Shown one piece after another: positions 9,654 to 21,300 of a DNA stretch of 64,000 nucleotides (position 1 is its first letter; every line of letters starts with the position of its first letter). Position numbers and translations under genes: made by a program. The notes below the pieces were generated by a model. That model was not told the origin of the DNA. It saw nothing but the letters and a program-made list of their open reading frames with translations, and did not search any database. This DNA is from Dulcicalothrix desertica PCC 7102 (GTDB lineage: Bacteria; Cyanobacteriota; Cyanobacteriia; Cyanobacteriales; Nostocaceae), in NCBI RefSeq assembly GCF_003991905.1, contig NZ_RSCL01000015.1, positions 1 to 64,000 on the forward strand, written 5' to 3'.

Positions 9654-9740
9654 AGAAACCGGGTTTCTTTGTTAAGATATTGTAATAAAAACGATGATTT
9701 GTCTGCGACAATGAATGCATAGAAAGCCGGTTTCTTTACG
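9654..9740. repeat. Dispersed element about 85 bp long with terminal GAAACCGGGTTTC palindromes (family copy 1)
   Basis: AGAAACCGGGTTTCTTTG...TGTAATAAAAACGATGATTTG...AGAAAGCCGGTTTCTTT; homologous copies at 26918-26985, 34783-34826, 51151-51225. Confidence 0.65.
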
Positions 9741-9767
9741 TTATTATATGCACGAGAGTTATTTAAG

Positions 9768-10253
9768 ATGTTGAAGTTATTAAGTAATGATAAAGACTTT
9801 AGATATTGGTTCGTAAAATCAAAACTAGTAGGAGTCAGCTTTTTTGTATCTATTATTTTAGGTGTAATTTTATCACAACCTGCAAGTGCTTGTAGACCCG
9901 CACCAGGAAGCACGCCCGCTACTTTAGCGGCAAGAGTGGATAATACTCCTTATGTTTTTGATGGTACTGTCATTCGAGTGAATGAAGATAAAGTGACAGT
10001 TCGAGTCAAGCGGTATTTTAAGGGTAAAGGTTCAAGAATTGTTACCTTAACGGGGTTTAATAGAACTTCTTGCGATAATTTTATTACTACTACTGGCACC
10101 CGCTATTTATTTTTTGCTAAACCCGCAGAAAAAAAGATTTTGACTGCGGTTTATGATGGCGCCTTTGGTTCGGTGCGTGAGTGGTCTAATGATACTGAAA
10201 GTGAGTTAAGGCAGTTGGGTTTACTAGGTAAAAGTAAAAAACGTACATTGTAG
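9768..10253 (+). CDS. Hypothetical secreted/membrane-anchored protein
   Basis: 161 aa; N-terminal hydrophobic segment then a Cys-containing soluble domain; no recognizable family. Confidence 0.3.
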   Translation: MLKLLSNDKDFRYWFVKSKLVGVSFFVSIILGVILSQPASACRPAPGSTPATLAARVDNTPYVFDGTVIRVNEDKVTVRVKRYFKGKGSRIVTLTGFNRTSCDNFITTTGTRYLFFAKPAEKKILTAVYDGAFGSVREWSNDTESELRQLGLLGKSKKRTL

Positions 10254-10277
10254 AGACCGAATTAATTCGGTCTCTAC
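10250..10277. terminator. Bidirectional hairpin terminator GTAGAGACCGAAT-TAA-TTCGGTCTCTAC between convergent genes
   Basis: Perfect 12-bp inverted repeat overlapping the stop codon of the upstream ORF. Confidence 0.55.
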
Positions 10278-11166
10278 GTGGATATAATTTTTTGTTGAAT
10301 ATAACCAGGTAGCGCAAACGCTGCTTGATGAATATCTGGGTTGTAGTAGCGCAGGTTATGTAATGCCGTAAATTGCGTTGAAGAGTCACGGTCAAAATTA
10401 TTAACTGGGTGTTGTCCTTGTTTAGAGCAATATGTCAAACTCCACATTCCCGTGGGGTACATGGGTATAAATACTAAATACGGATGTACAAAGTCGGCGC
10501 CGAAAACTTCTTTAAGACATTTATTTAAGTCTACGAATGCGTCGGGATGGAATAGTGGTGACTCGCTCTGTATTGTTACTACTCCACCTGGACGCAAGCA
10601 ACGGTATACGTCTTCGTAAAATGATTTGCTGAAAAGTCCTTCTGATGGGCCTACTGGGTCGGAGGAGTCGATAATGACTAAATCATAAGATGCATTGGCG
10701 GCATCTTTGACAAATTTAATGCCATCGTCGATGAGCAAATTCAATTTGGGATGTTCTAGGGCTGATGATATTGTGGGTAAAAATTGCTTTGATGCGCGTA
10801 CTACAACTTCGTCAATTTCTACCATTGTGACTTTTTCGATACCTGGATGACGCATTAGTTCCCGAATTGTACCACCATCTCCGGCGCCGATTACTAATAC
10901 ATCTTTGATACTGGAATTAGCAAACATTGGTACATGAACAATCATCTCATGATAGTTTGCTTCATCTGATTCGGTACACATAACCATGCGGTCAATAGTC
11001 AGCATTTTCCCTCGGTCGTATGTATCAAATACTTCTACTACTTGAAATGGTGATTGCTCTTTAAAAAGACATTCTCCTTTGACGCGAATTGACAGCGCGC
11101 TTTTATTGTTATGGTCTATTACCCATTCGTCTTGGTTAAATTCTGCTCCGGTCTCAGGTGTAGTCA
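10274..11166 (-). CDS. speE: Spermidine synthase (polyamine aminopropyltransferase)
   Basis: VIGAGDGGTIRELMRH and DLVIIDSSDPVGP motifs; the track start at 11197 is a TTG, the first ATG (MTTPETG) is at 11166. Confidence 0.85.
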
Positions 11167-11296
11167 TTTTAAAGGGCGCCCTTATCAAATAAATCAAATG
11201 CCAGTGGATTAGTATACATCAAGAAGGCGCCTCTACATATATACCTATTTTTTGCTAATATTTAAGATTCGAGAGATAAGAACACGGATTTGAGAT

Positions 11297-12700
11297 ATGA
11301 GCAAGGGCACGCTGTTTGATAAAGTTTGGGAATTGCACACTGTTGGTACGCTTCCATCAGGGCAAACACAATTATTTATAGGACTTCACCTTATTCACGA
11401 AGTTACTAGTCCCCAAGCTTTTGCGATGCTACGCGAACGGGGTTTGAAGGTATTATTTCCAGAACGGACTGTGGCAACGGTTGACCATATTGTTCCTACT
11501 GACAACCAAGTGCGTCCATTTGTTGATACTCTTGCTGAAGAGATGATGCAGGCGCTGGAGGATAACGCTTCATCTAATAATATTACTTTTTATAATATTG
11601 GTTCGGGCAATCAGGGAATAGTTCACGTTATTGCACCTGAACAAGGTTTGACTCAACCGGGTATGACTATTGCTTGCGGTGATAGTCATACTTCCACACA
11701 TGGCGCCTTTGGTGCTATTGCTTTTGGTATTGGGACTAGCCAAGTTCGTGATGTTCTCGCTTCGCAAACGTTGGCTTTGGCAAAACTCAAAGTTCGTAAA
11801 ATCGAAGTTAACGGCGCCTTAAAGCCAGGTGTATACGCTAAAGATATTATTTTGCATGTTATTCGCACTCTTGGTGTTAAGGGTGGGGTTGGGTATGCAT
11901 ACGAATTTGCTGGAACTACCTTTGATGCGATGAACATGGAAGAACGAATGACCGTTTGTAACATGGCTATTGAAGGTGGCGCCCGTTGTGGTTATGTTAA
12001 TCCTGATAAAATAACTTACGATTATCTCAAAGGACGCGACTTTGCTCCTAAAGCTCTTGACTGGGATAAAGCTGTTGCATGGTGGGACTCGATAAAAAGT
12101 GATGATAACGCTGAATATGATGATGTAGTTGTTTTTAAAGCCGAAGATATTCCTCCTACTGTCACTTGGGGAATTACACCTGGTCAAGGTATTGGAGTTG
12201 ACCAACAAGTACCAACTCCCGAACAGTTGAGCGAAGATGACCGTGTAATCGCTCAAGAAGCATATAAATATATGGATTTGGCGCCAGGTCAATCTATCGA
12301 AGGCACTAAAATAGACGTATGTTTCATTGGTAGCTGTACGAACGGACGTATTAGCGACCTTCGCGAAGCTGCAAAAATTGCGAAAGGGCGCCAAGTTGCT
12401 TCTGGAATAAAAGCCTTTGTTGTTCCAGGTTCTGAACGAGTCAAAAAACAAGCAGAAGAAGAAGGACTCGATAAAATTTTTGTGGAAGCGGGTTTTGAAT
12501 GGCGTGAAGCTGGATGTTCAATGTGTCTAGCAATGAACCCCGATAAATTAGAAGGACGACAAATAAGTGCTTCTTCTTCTAACCGTAACTTTAAAGGGCG
12601 CCAGGGTTCTGCAAGTGGTCGCACTTTATTAATGAGTCCCGCAATGGTTGCTGCTGCTGCTGTTAAAGGTGAGGTCTTTGATGTGCGTGAGTTAGTGTAG
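11297..12700 (+). CDS. leuC: 3-isopropylmalate dehydratase large subunit
   Basis: 467 aa aconitase-family protein; Fe-S ligands region [11 protein letters not shown] and [14 protein letters not shown] motif. Confidence 0.92.
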   Translation: MSKGTLFDKVWELHTVGTLPSGQTQLFIGLHLIHEVTSPQAFAMLRERGLKVLFPERTVATVDHIVPTDNQVRPFVDTLAEEMMQALEDNASSNNITFYNIGSGNQGIVHVIAPEQGLTQPGMTIACGDSHTSTHGAFGAIAFGIGTSQVRDVLASQTLALAKLKVRKIEVNGALKPGVYAKDIILHVIRTLGVKGGVGYAYEFAGTTFDAMNMEERMTVCNMAIEGGARCGYVNPDKITYDYLKGRDFAPKALDWDKAVAWWDSIKSDDNAEYDDVVVFKAEDIPPTVTWGITPGQGIGVDQQVPTPEQLSEDDRVIAQEAYKYMDLAPGQSIEGTKIDVCFIGSCTNGRISDLREAAKIAKGRQVASGIKAFVVPGSERVKKQAEEEGLDKIFVEAGFEWREAGCSMCLAMNPDKLEGRQISASSSNRNFKGRQGSASGRTLLMSPAMVAAAAVKGEVFDVRELV

Positions 12701-12834
12701 GTTGGGTGGAGGCTTTGCGGAACCCAACATTATCTATATATAAGGGACGGGCAAGGATGCCCATCCCACAAGATTTCCACAAGATTTCCACAAGATTTCC
12801 ACAAGATTTCCAGTTAAAAATATCTAGAATTTAT
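12701..12834. repeat. leuC-leuD spacer made of three repeat types: hairpin GTTGGGTGGAGGCTTTGCGGAACCCAAC, a half-copy of the GGGACGGGCAAGGATGCCCATCCCACAAG palindromic element, and an 11-bp tandem (CACAAGATTTC)x4
   Basis: Read directly. Confidence 0.8.
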
Positions 12835-13428
12835 ATGCCAAGTGAAGTAAAATCAGTTTCTGGTCGCGGTATTCCTTTAGTAGGTAATGACATCGACACC
12901 GACCGCATTATTCCTGCGCGTTTTTTACGTTGTGTTACCTTTGACGGGTTAGGCGCCCATGCTTTTGAAGATGACCGTATTGCCCTTAAAGGTCAACATC
13001 CTTTCGACCAACCGCAATATCAAGGCGCCAATATATTAGTAGTCAACCGTAACTTTGGCTGTGGTTCATCGCGCGAACACGCACCGCAAGCTTTAGCAAA
13101 ATGGGGTATTACTGCGGTAGTTGGTGAAAGCTTTGCCGAAATATTCTTCGGCAATTGCGTAGCTATGGGAGTACCCTGTTTAACAGCCGATAGCGAAACA
13201 GTAAAACAACTCCAAGACCTAATTACCGCAAATCCAGAAATATCAGTAACAGTAAACCTAGAAACAATGCAAGTTCAATGTAATGACTTTACAGGCGCCG
13301 TCTCAATAAATGAAGGAGCAAGAAACATGTTTGTCTCCGGTTCCTGGGACGCATGTGGACAACTAGTAGCGCAAGCAGAACAAGTCAGAGCCACCGCAGC
13401 AAAATTACCCTACATAGCTTGGAAGTAA
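12835..13428 (+). CDS. leuD: 3-isopropylmalate dehydratase small subunit
   Basis: Begins [31 protein letters not shown] (LeuD signature); the track ORF from 12706 is an artefactual upstream extension across the repeats. Confidence 0.9.
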   Translation: MPSEVKSVSGRGIPLVGNDIDTDRIIPARFLRCVTFDGLGAHAFEDDRIALKGQHPFDQPQYQGANILVVNRNFGCGSSREHAPQALAKWGITAVVGESFAEIFFGNCVAMGVPCLTADSETVKQLQDLITANPEISVTVNLETMQVQCNDFTGAVSINEGARNMFVSGSWDACGQLVAQAEQVRATAAKLPYIAWK

Positions 13429-13919
13429 AGTAGGGTGCGTGATGCCTACAACTTTTCATCAACAAACATTACAATCAAATGGCATCACGCACCATCTAAC
13501 ATATAAAACCACCAAATTACGATAATTCAAGAAAACCGTTGCAGGAAAAACCGCTTAGTAACTACAGGTTCAACAGTGCCAAACGATACATAGGGTTTGC
13601 TTAAATGCACTTTCAATGATAATATATATATAGTTAAAAAAGTTTTGCGGCGCAGAACAGAGTTTGTCAAGGTGCTTTTACAAAAATTTCTAAATAGAAA
13701 AATATTCAAAATTTGATTGTGGGGTGTCGCGAGCCACCCTAAATTTGAAATGGGCAGGGATGCTGATTTTAGATTGCAGGAAAATTATTAATTTTTATAA
13801 TCTCCTGATAGTACTGCATAAAGTTACGTTGATTACCCCTATAAGATACTAGAAAATCATTTACGTTGACCTCGGATTACCGATTCCCAGTTTAATTATA
13901 ATAATTTAAGGGTAAAAAA

Positions 13920-14375
13920 ATGTCTTGTGATGCACTCAAAGCAATTTATACTATACAACCAGATTTGCTGACAGAGGCTGCTAAGATTGCAGCTTTAGTT
14001 TTCCCTGATACTGAGTACAAGTTATTGTATCGGCAAGCTAGCTGTTTCGATGCTGCTTTTATTTTTCCAAAAAATCAATATCATTTGTTAGGTCAAAAAA
14101 TTGGCAATAATAACTTGTCTATAACTTTCAAAAAAGAAAAACATATTGGCAAAAATGTAAATTTCAGTGTGTGCTTTTTCCCAAAAATTAATACTATGAC
14201 TTTATCTGGGTACTATTCTGAAGGAATGGCTCACCTTATTTATACACCATTTAATAATTATAACTGGTTAAATGGAAAAGGGTATAAAATTACTACTCCT
14301 GATTGTGTTGGAGAGAAATTTGAGTTGTTGGCGCCGAAGTTTTATACTTTTTTTGAAGAATTTTTTATAGACTAA
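13920..14375 (+). CDS. Hypothetical protein (AT-rich, possibly acquired)
   Basis: 151 aa ORF preceded by an AAGGG-rich RBS-like stretch; no recognizable domain. Confidence 0.3.
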   Translation: MSCDALKAIYTIQPDLLTEAAKIAALVFPDTEYKLLYRQASCFDAAFIFPKNQYHLLGQKIGNNNLSITFKKEKHIGKNVNFSVCFFPKINTMTLSGYYSEGMAHLIYTPFNNYNWLNGKGYKITTPDCVGEKFELLAPKFYTFFEEFFID

Positions 14376-14391
14376 TGGTGTCCATTGGTGC

Positions 14392-14913
14392 GTGATGCTT
14401 TATTGTATTACGCATCTAATATTACATGTGTATGTGATGACGAGTGATACAGCATTATATTTACGTCAAGCAGCAACTGAATTTCTGGAACAGGATGCTC
14501 AACAGCGTTTACATATACTTAAGCAATATGGAATCGCACGCTATACGTTTTTGTTACAAATGCGTTTGAATGAAGCGAATATAATTTGTGTAACGAGATA
14601 TTTACAAAATCCTAGAGGATTAAAGTTTCCAAATTTGATCGGAGCAGATTTATCTGGTTTAAACTTGGATGGAGCTAATTTGATTCGCGGTAATTTGTCT
14701 GGCGCCAATTTAAGCAATACTAGTTTAGTTAAAGCTGACATGATATTTGTTAATTTTACTGGCGCCGATTTAAGTAACACTAATTTATCGGGCGCCACGC
14801 TTAATGAAACAATATGGCAAGATACATTAGTTACAGGATGTCAACTTGATAATACTATTGGTCTAACTTTAGCACAACGTCAAAATTTACTTTCGCTGGG
14901 CGCCAGATTGTAA
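14392..14913 (+). CDS. Pentapeptide repeat protein
   Basis: Tandem A(D/N)LSGxNLxG pentapeptide repeats (ADLSGLNLDGANLIRGNLSGANLSNTSL...); the true start may be the internal ATG near 14437. Confidence 0.7.
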   Translation: MMLYCITHLILHVYVMTSDTALYLRQAATEFLEQDAQQRLHILKQYGIARYTFLLQMRLNEANIICVTRYLQNPRGLKFPNLIGADLSGLNLDGANLIRGNLSGANLSNTSLVKADMIFVNFTGADLSNTNLSGATLNETIWQDTLVTGCQLDNTIGLTLAQRQNLLSLGARL

Positions 14914-15081
14914 GTTGTACTCAGTATTTATACGACTAACATGCGATGGTACCAAGCTTGATATTTACATCACAACAGCATTAGTGCGTTAAAAAACTAG
15001 CAATTACCACACCCCTAGATAATTTAAATATGGGTCAAAATAGAGGAAGATAATTCTTCTGTTAATAAGATTGTTTCAAAT

Positions 15082-15810
15082 ATGAGTAGTAGCAGCAACT
15101 TCCGCGAAGCCATTAACCAGGCGAAAAATCAAGCCCTGGTTGGTCCAAACGTAATTGCTAACGCCCTTCCTTTTGTGGGTGGGGGTCTTGTGTTGACTGC
15201 TGTCGGCACATATGGTGGTTTGTTTGTGCGCGCGAATAACCCAGGAATCTTTTTTCCTACGTTTATTGCGGCGTTTGTCCTAGAACTGATACTTTTCTTC
15301 GTTGCCCAGAACGTTGCAGAGAAAGCGAATAATAAAGTCGCATTACCTTTATTGGCAACATATAGTCTGTTATCTGGCTATACACTTTCGGGTATTGTGG
15401 CAGTTGCCTTGGGTACCACAGGTGTAGGCATTGCAGGAATTGGGTTTGCAGCACTTGGTTGTGGAGTCACCTTTATTGGCGCCCGTCAAATTGGCTCTAA
15501 CCTCTCTGAGTCTGATGGGATGGCGCTAAGTAAAACAATTGGCTTAGGGTTAATTGCTTTACTTGTTGTGATGCTAGTCCAAGTAGTTTTCCGTATGTTT
15601 GGTGTATACACACCAGGTTGGTTAGAAATTGGAATTTCGGGTATCGGAGTATTTTTGTTCGTAGGAGCAGCAGTTGTTGACTTCTATATATTACCGCGCG
15701 CTTATCGTGATAACCAGTATTTAAGCGCTGCTTTATCAATGTACCTAACCTACATCAATTTGTTTATTTTCATTTTGCGGTTACTAATTGCAATAAATAG
15801 CCGTGATTAA
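15082..15810 (+). CDS. Bax inhibitor-1/YccA-like multi-pass membrane protein
   Basis: 242 aa, about 7 predicted TM helices; family assignment tentative. Confidence 0.45.
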   Translation: MSSSSNFREAINQAKNQALVGPNVIANALPFVGGGLVLTAVGTYGGLFVRANNPGIFFPTFIAAFVLELILFFVAQNVAEKANNKVALPLLATYSLLSGYTLSGIVAVALGTTGVGIAGIGFAALGCGVTFIGARQIGSNLSESDGMALSKTIGLGLIALLVVMLVQVVFRMFGVYTPGWLEIGISGIGVFLFVGAAVVDFYILPRAYRDNQYLSAALSMYLTYINLFIFILRLLIAINSRD

Positions 15811-16534
15811 TCTCTACCTGAATATTAATAAGGTGTTCTAGATTGATGAGATAAAATATTCAATTTTGTCCAGATTAGCTCAAGCCCGCAGCGAATACAA
15901 ATTCTAGATGCACCCTGATTAATCTTTGCCTCAGCCCCTAGTGGGTTGAGGTTTTTATTATTTATATGTAAAGATAAAAAATCAAGAAATGAAATAAATT
16001 TTAAAGCAATTTAAATTTATTTACAAATAATTTTAAATATATAAAATTTACGCTTCATTTTCAAAATCACGGAGATAACGGTTAAAGTAAATTTCGCGTG
16101 AACTCATATCTTGCACTTACATTTTTTATGTAAGATTAATTGCTCAATTTGTAACTACGCTCATACCCGCCTAGGAATAGAAGTTCCTAGGCTAATAGCC
16201 AAAGTCCATTAAAATGGACTGAATAAATAGTCATATTAAACACATACTTTTTGAAAATTAATAATTTATTTCCATAAGTGAAAGATGTGAATAAATGTAT
16301 TGATTTAAATTGTTTCTGAAGTATCAAGTTAAGTAATCCTGGCTAACTTCAAAGTTGTTAGCTGGGATTATGCAATAGCACCACTAATTTGCCCTGTAAA
16401 AAAGGCTATCGCCATTAAGGGTAGTGATGAATTTAGAATGCTTTGGTATATATTTCATATATATCTATCTTAGGAGGAATTGTTACTCAAGCTACGCTTG
16501 TATATTGTAAGAAATCACTGATTGGAGGTTTATT

Positions 16535-16783
16535 ATGAACATAGAATTTTCTCTCTGTCCTATTGGTCGTATCTACATTCCACGTCCAGGTAACTTGCCC
16601 TCTGAGTTAGAGGACTTATTGAAATTAGTTGATGTTATGCATCGTCATAGGAATGTTACTTGGTTTAGAACTAAAGACTACTCTGTGTATAGAAGGTTAT
16701 CAGAATGGTATCCTCATCCTAGGTACTCTTTTACTTCCCAGATATACTTTCATGGTATTTCTACGTCAGATAACAGGTTCTAA
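16535..16783 (+). CDS. Hypothetical small protein (82 aa)
   Basis: Strong SD (GGAGG) 8 bp upstream of the ATG; no recognizable domain. Confidence 0.35.
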   Translation: MNIEFSLCPIGRIYIPRPGNLPSELEDLLKLVDVMHRHRNVTWFRTKDYSVYRRLSEWYPHPRYSFTSQIYFHGISTSDNRF

Positions 16784-17032
16784 TTATTACCGTTAATAGG
16801 TTACAATCTATTCTACTGACCGACAATACGCCTCTACTATAAATAAGTATATTTCTCCATCCTCTTCTGCCAGGTAAAACATAAGCTCTCCTCTTCATTT
16901 TTTTGTACCTGTTCGGTCTCATTGACTAGTTCTTGGCTTATACCTTCTAAATCTTGCATATATTCTCTTAATATTCCTCCAACGGAAATACCTCTAGTTT
17001 TGTGTAACTGTCGGGTTAACTCTAAAAACCAC

Positions 17033-17782
17033 TTAGCGTCTGCTACCAGGTCTGACTCTTATTACCTGATACTTAAGAATTTCTGGGATGATAATTTTAG
17101 GGTCTTGATGCTTTGCTATAGCACTGACATGAACAACAGGTTGATAGTTGACTCTTAAACATTGTTGCCATGTGTCTACCCACTTGGCTTGTGTAATGTA
17201 ACCATGACTAAAGTACGATGGGGGCGCCATTGCTAAAATGTGTAGGTGTGGGTGTGCTGATACTCCATCTTGCCCTCTAGTTACTTCGACTGACTTTATC
17301 CAACCTTTAAAACGCCAAATTTTTAACTCTGTTAAGCGTTTAAAGCTTTTGTTGATAAGATTTAAGGTTGACCGCAATTCTTTAATATCGCAGTTTTTTA
17401 GAGTTAATGTTATAAACAGCCACCGATGCTTAGGGTAATCACTTATAATCTGTGGAAGGATTTTACAGATTTTTGCTTTCCACATTAGACTACGGCGCCA
17501 CTGACAAACTGGACAATGACGAACCCTACAGAAGCGCGCGTCTGTTAGCTGTAGTTGAACTGTGCCTTCATCATCGTCTAACAAGTTAAACTCTAACCAT
17601 TTAGAGCAATTTTTTACTCGCCAAGCGTAACGAGCAAAACCATCTTCTTCTGCATCAGCATAATATTCAGAGATTTTTTGCGCGCTAGCTCTGTGCTTGT
17701 CCCAAATTTTACCAGCAACAGAGACATTAGAAAGCTTAAGTTTATTTTTTGTTTTTATTATAAGTTCTGGAGATAAGTCCAT
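17033..17782 (-). CDS. rep: Rolling-circle replication initiator protein, Rep_1 (pC194/pUB110) family HUH endonuclease
   Basis: Motif I WLFITLTLKNC (FxTLT), motif II AHPHLHILA (HUH), motif III EILKYQV (catalytic Tyr), plus CxxC (RHCPVCQW) upstream. Confidence 0.65.
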   Translation of the reverse strand: MDLSPELIIKTKNKLKLSNVSVAGKIWDKHRASAQKISEYYADAEEDGFARYAWRVKNCSKWLEFNLLDDDEGTVQLQLTDARFCRVRHCPVCQWRRSLMWKAKICKILPQIISDYPKHRWLFITLTLKNCDIKELRSTLNLINKSFKRLTELKIWRFKGWIKSVEVTRGQDGVSAHPHLHILAMAPPSYFSHGYITQAKWVDTWQQCLRVNYQPVVHVSAIAKHQDPKIIIPEILKYQVIRVRPGSRR

Positions 17783-18343
17783 CTATGAGATATATATGAT
17801 TACAATATATCTTCCTCTAAAATTTACTTACTGATTGCAGTATAATTACTGAAATTTAGATTATAAATAATCTAACATTGTCTAATTAAAGGACTTTATA
17901 ATACGATAGGCGCCAATTTCCAAATTTAATGACATGAAGCACGCTTTGGTCTGTGTTATTAGTTTTGCCAGGTTGGCGTATATCGTAAGGAGGGCATTGC
18001 CCACCCCACAACCGTCCAAAACTTATGACATATACCACTAGTAATAGCACTGAGTTTTTTTCAAGATGATAAAATTTATTGTTTGCCATATTACTTTAAT
18101 TTAAGTTGATTGAAAACCAGACTGTTCACTGTAGCGATATCTGTAAATATTATTATTTTTAAAAGTATTAAATAATCGTTGCCAGTGGACAATTATATCG
18201 TTATCTTGTGAGTTACTCTTTAATTGCAAGCCGATGAGAGATTCTATATTCCCGCGACTGTAAGACGCAGAAGTTGGAGGTTGATGTCTAGAATTAGCAA
18301 GAATTTCTACAAAAGTCGGCCATGCTTTTGTGACTCTAATAAA

Positions 18344-21300
18344 TTATTGTGGTGTACCTTGATTATGGCTTATTATTAATAGCTCATAATTATCTCCATA
18401 ATTAACCATTTTTTGCCATTCGTTTTTTGTAACATGTATGTAGTGTTTGTGATACGTAATTGCCTTAGCTTCTACTCTAATATTTTCTGCACCTTCTTGA
18501 GAGTAAAGTAAATCAAAGCCACTGCCATCGCGTGCTAGAATAGTGTATTCTAAAAATTCTTCATACAAACGTCTTGCCCAAAGTTCACCTATTTGACCGT
18601 ATCTTTCCGCATTTTCCCCAGAGCTTGGGCTATCATCGTTTTGATTTGGAATAGATATTAAAGAATTAGTAACCAAATTTTCGGTAACAGAATAGTTATC
18701 AGGTTCTTCAACTAAAGAATAATCTTCAGGATTTTCAATTAAGCTCGTAGAATTATCGTTTATATAAATAACTCCTTGATTGGTAACTGGCAGAACGCAA
18801 TTAATACCAAGTTCTGCAAGTAATGAAACAACTATTTCAGTCTCTACGTTTGATTCTCCTTTTAAATTTTCTAATGCTTTATAAGTATCAATCTTTTCAG
18901 CGAGTTGATTTAGGTCATTAGCTGTGATATAAGGTTTGCGAGCAATATTAGCTATAGCATCAAGTTTATCCGGAGGAGCTTGCAAAACATCAAAAATATT
19001 ATTTCTAACTTCGTCATTGCCCAAGGTTTGCAAAACTAATTCAGCCCGACGTTGAAAGAAGTAAGTAAATAATTTTTCAAATTTTTTTTCTACTATCGAA
19101 TTAGACCAATGCAAGAGTTGTTGTACAACTTGCCTAAAATTGTTATCTTCCTTATCACCTTCATAATCACGGATGGCATTATCAATTTCATTAGCAATAT
19201 CTTCAAGTGTTACAATCTCTTTTACGTCAATTATCTGTCGTGCTTTTGTGAATGAATCGTTTTTTAATAGAAGGAAATCATTCCAATCCTGTAACCTTAG
19301 ATAACGTGCAATTTCTTTCAGTTCTTCTGGTATACCTCCATCTCTTTTTAAAGATTTTTTTAATTTAAAATCTTCGTTTTGAGTTGGAAGAATTGCATAT
19401 TTATCAAATAGTGTATAATCAATTGTATTAACGAAACATAGGAAATTATTGAGCCAACTTGTTGTTAGCTCTTTAGTTTGGGATAAAAAGCTTGCAAGAG
19501 TAGTTAACCTGCTTGCTTGTGCTACCTCTTCAACAATAGCAATTATTATCCATTTGTTACATTCCTCCCAGTCAAATTCTTCTAAATTATCTATTTCTAC
19601 TTTGTCTGGAATCGCTTGATTATAGATATCGCGCGCAAATTGCCAAATTTTTAAGCGATTTACTTCTCTACTGCCAAATTGAAAGTAGCTAATTAAGTTA
19701 TAAATAGCTCGTTTAAAGTCTTCGCTTTGGTCTCTACCTTTACCTCTAATAATATCGTTAATTTCCTTCGAGTTGTTAGCAACACGATATTGCTCTAAGC
19801 TTTTATCAAAATTTAATATATTTCGATGTAAAAGTCTACTTCTGCAAGAAGCGTTTAATCTTTCCAAAACATCTTTTAACTGTTCAGGTACGTTTTTATC
19901 AAAAAGTAATTCTGCTTTTTTACGAAAAACTCCTTGTTGGTTAGGGAAGATAGCTATTTCGCTATACAGTGATTGTTTTTTATTAGCTTTAAGAAAGTTA
20001 ATAAAACTGCTTAACCAATTAATACTTTCTAACTCTGTAGTTTTTCCTAAATTTGTGTGTAATGTAATAACATCTTGGTACTGGGCGATATCTTGAATTA
20101 AAGTATTTAAAAGCCACTCGTCATTAATATCCCAGAGAGAAGGAGTCCAATCAAATAATTTCTTAATTTCAGGCACATTATTATCTAAAGCTTTTGCAAA
20201 CTGCCAAATTTGGATTCTCTTTTCTAAGAAATCAGTTTTAATAGCTTTTTTGTTGCTTTCGCTGTTGGGAAGATAACTAGCTAATAGGTAAGCTGCATCT
20301 CTTAAATTGGGATGTGCTTTTTCTGTAAAAATGGCGCCGATACGTTCGGATATATTACGTGTGCTGTAACTTCTTTCTAGTTTAGAATTTACATTTAAGT
20401 GTAATAGTTCCTGCTTCCAATCTTCGCCAAGTATAAAAAGAACTTCTTTTAACCCATCAGGAATATTTTCATCTAATCGCAATTGAGTTCTTAATTGGAA
20501 TACTCCGTACTGGTTTGGTAAGATAGCATACTTGTTATCCAAAAGTTCAAGTTGCTTAGATTCAATAATAAAGCTGATAACCCTGTTTAACCAAGTTAGA
20601 GTATTAGTATCTCTCAAACCGAGCCGAGCAGATAAATTTTCTAAAGTTTTTTGTTCGCTAATCTCAGCGAGCAACCTTTGTAAATTATATCGCAGTTCTT
20701 TTGGATAACGATTATCAAGCCCAATAACTTCGCTCCATTCTTTTATATCCTGTCTTTGAGGTAACTTAGAAGAATGAAGGAATGCTGTAATTTCCCAAAA
20801 TTCTAAAAGATTTTTATTGTTATATTCGGGAATTAAAGCATCTTTCAACTTGATATTTACCCCCTCATTGGTACGAACAATTTTACTTTCAAGTACTTTA
20901 GCTCTAATAAAACTTTGAATATGTGATTCATACCATTCGGAATCAATATTTTTTGGTAATTCTGCCAAAGCCAATAAGTGAGGGTTTAACCAATTTTGTG
21001 CTGCGTAATCTAATAAAATACCGTAAAGTGATATGGTTTCTTCAAAAATTGCTCTATTTTTTTTACCACCAGTCTCATTTCTATCGTCAAGCAATATACT
21101 GTCTCTAGGTTCAGTTGGCTCCAATAATGGACTGTTAATTACTACCGGATACTTGAATTTAGTTTCAGAGCCAATTAAAGGGAAATCGCAAAATAGAAGT
21201 GGTGCAGAGGAATTAAGCTTAACAACAGAATATTGATTATTTATTTGTTCTAGCTGAATGGCGATACTTATCTCACCTTGTTCATCGGCTAAGTTAATGG

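Larger units (their letters stand above)
15811..18343. mobile_element. Putative integrated rolling-circle replicon remnant (AT-rich region with palindromes + small ORF + Rep gene)
   Basis: AT-rich relative to flanks; perfect palindromes CCTAGGAATAGAAGTTCCTAGG and AGTCCATTAAAATGGACT near 16170-16220; the Rep_1-type gene at 17033-17782; TTATCTTG near 18200 resembles the pC194 dso nick core. Confidence 0.35.

Noticed and set aside
11570-12624. Several antisense ORFs (65-210 aa) inside leuC
   Set aside because: leuC is unambiguous; antisense frames of an AT-rich, GC3-poor gene commonly stay open
12706-12834. 5' extension of the leuD ORF in the six-frame track ([17 protein letters not shown]...)
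   Set aside because: It translates the hairpin, palindromic and 11-bp tandem repeats; the conserved LeuD N-terminus begins at MPSEVK (12835)
16922-17158. 78-aa plus-strand ORF overlapping the 3' end of the Rep gene
   Set aside because: Antisense overlap with the conserved Rep C-terminus; no RBS
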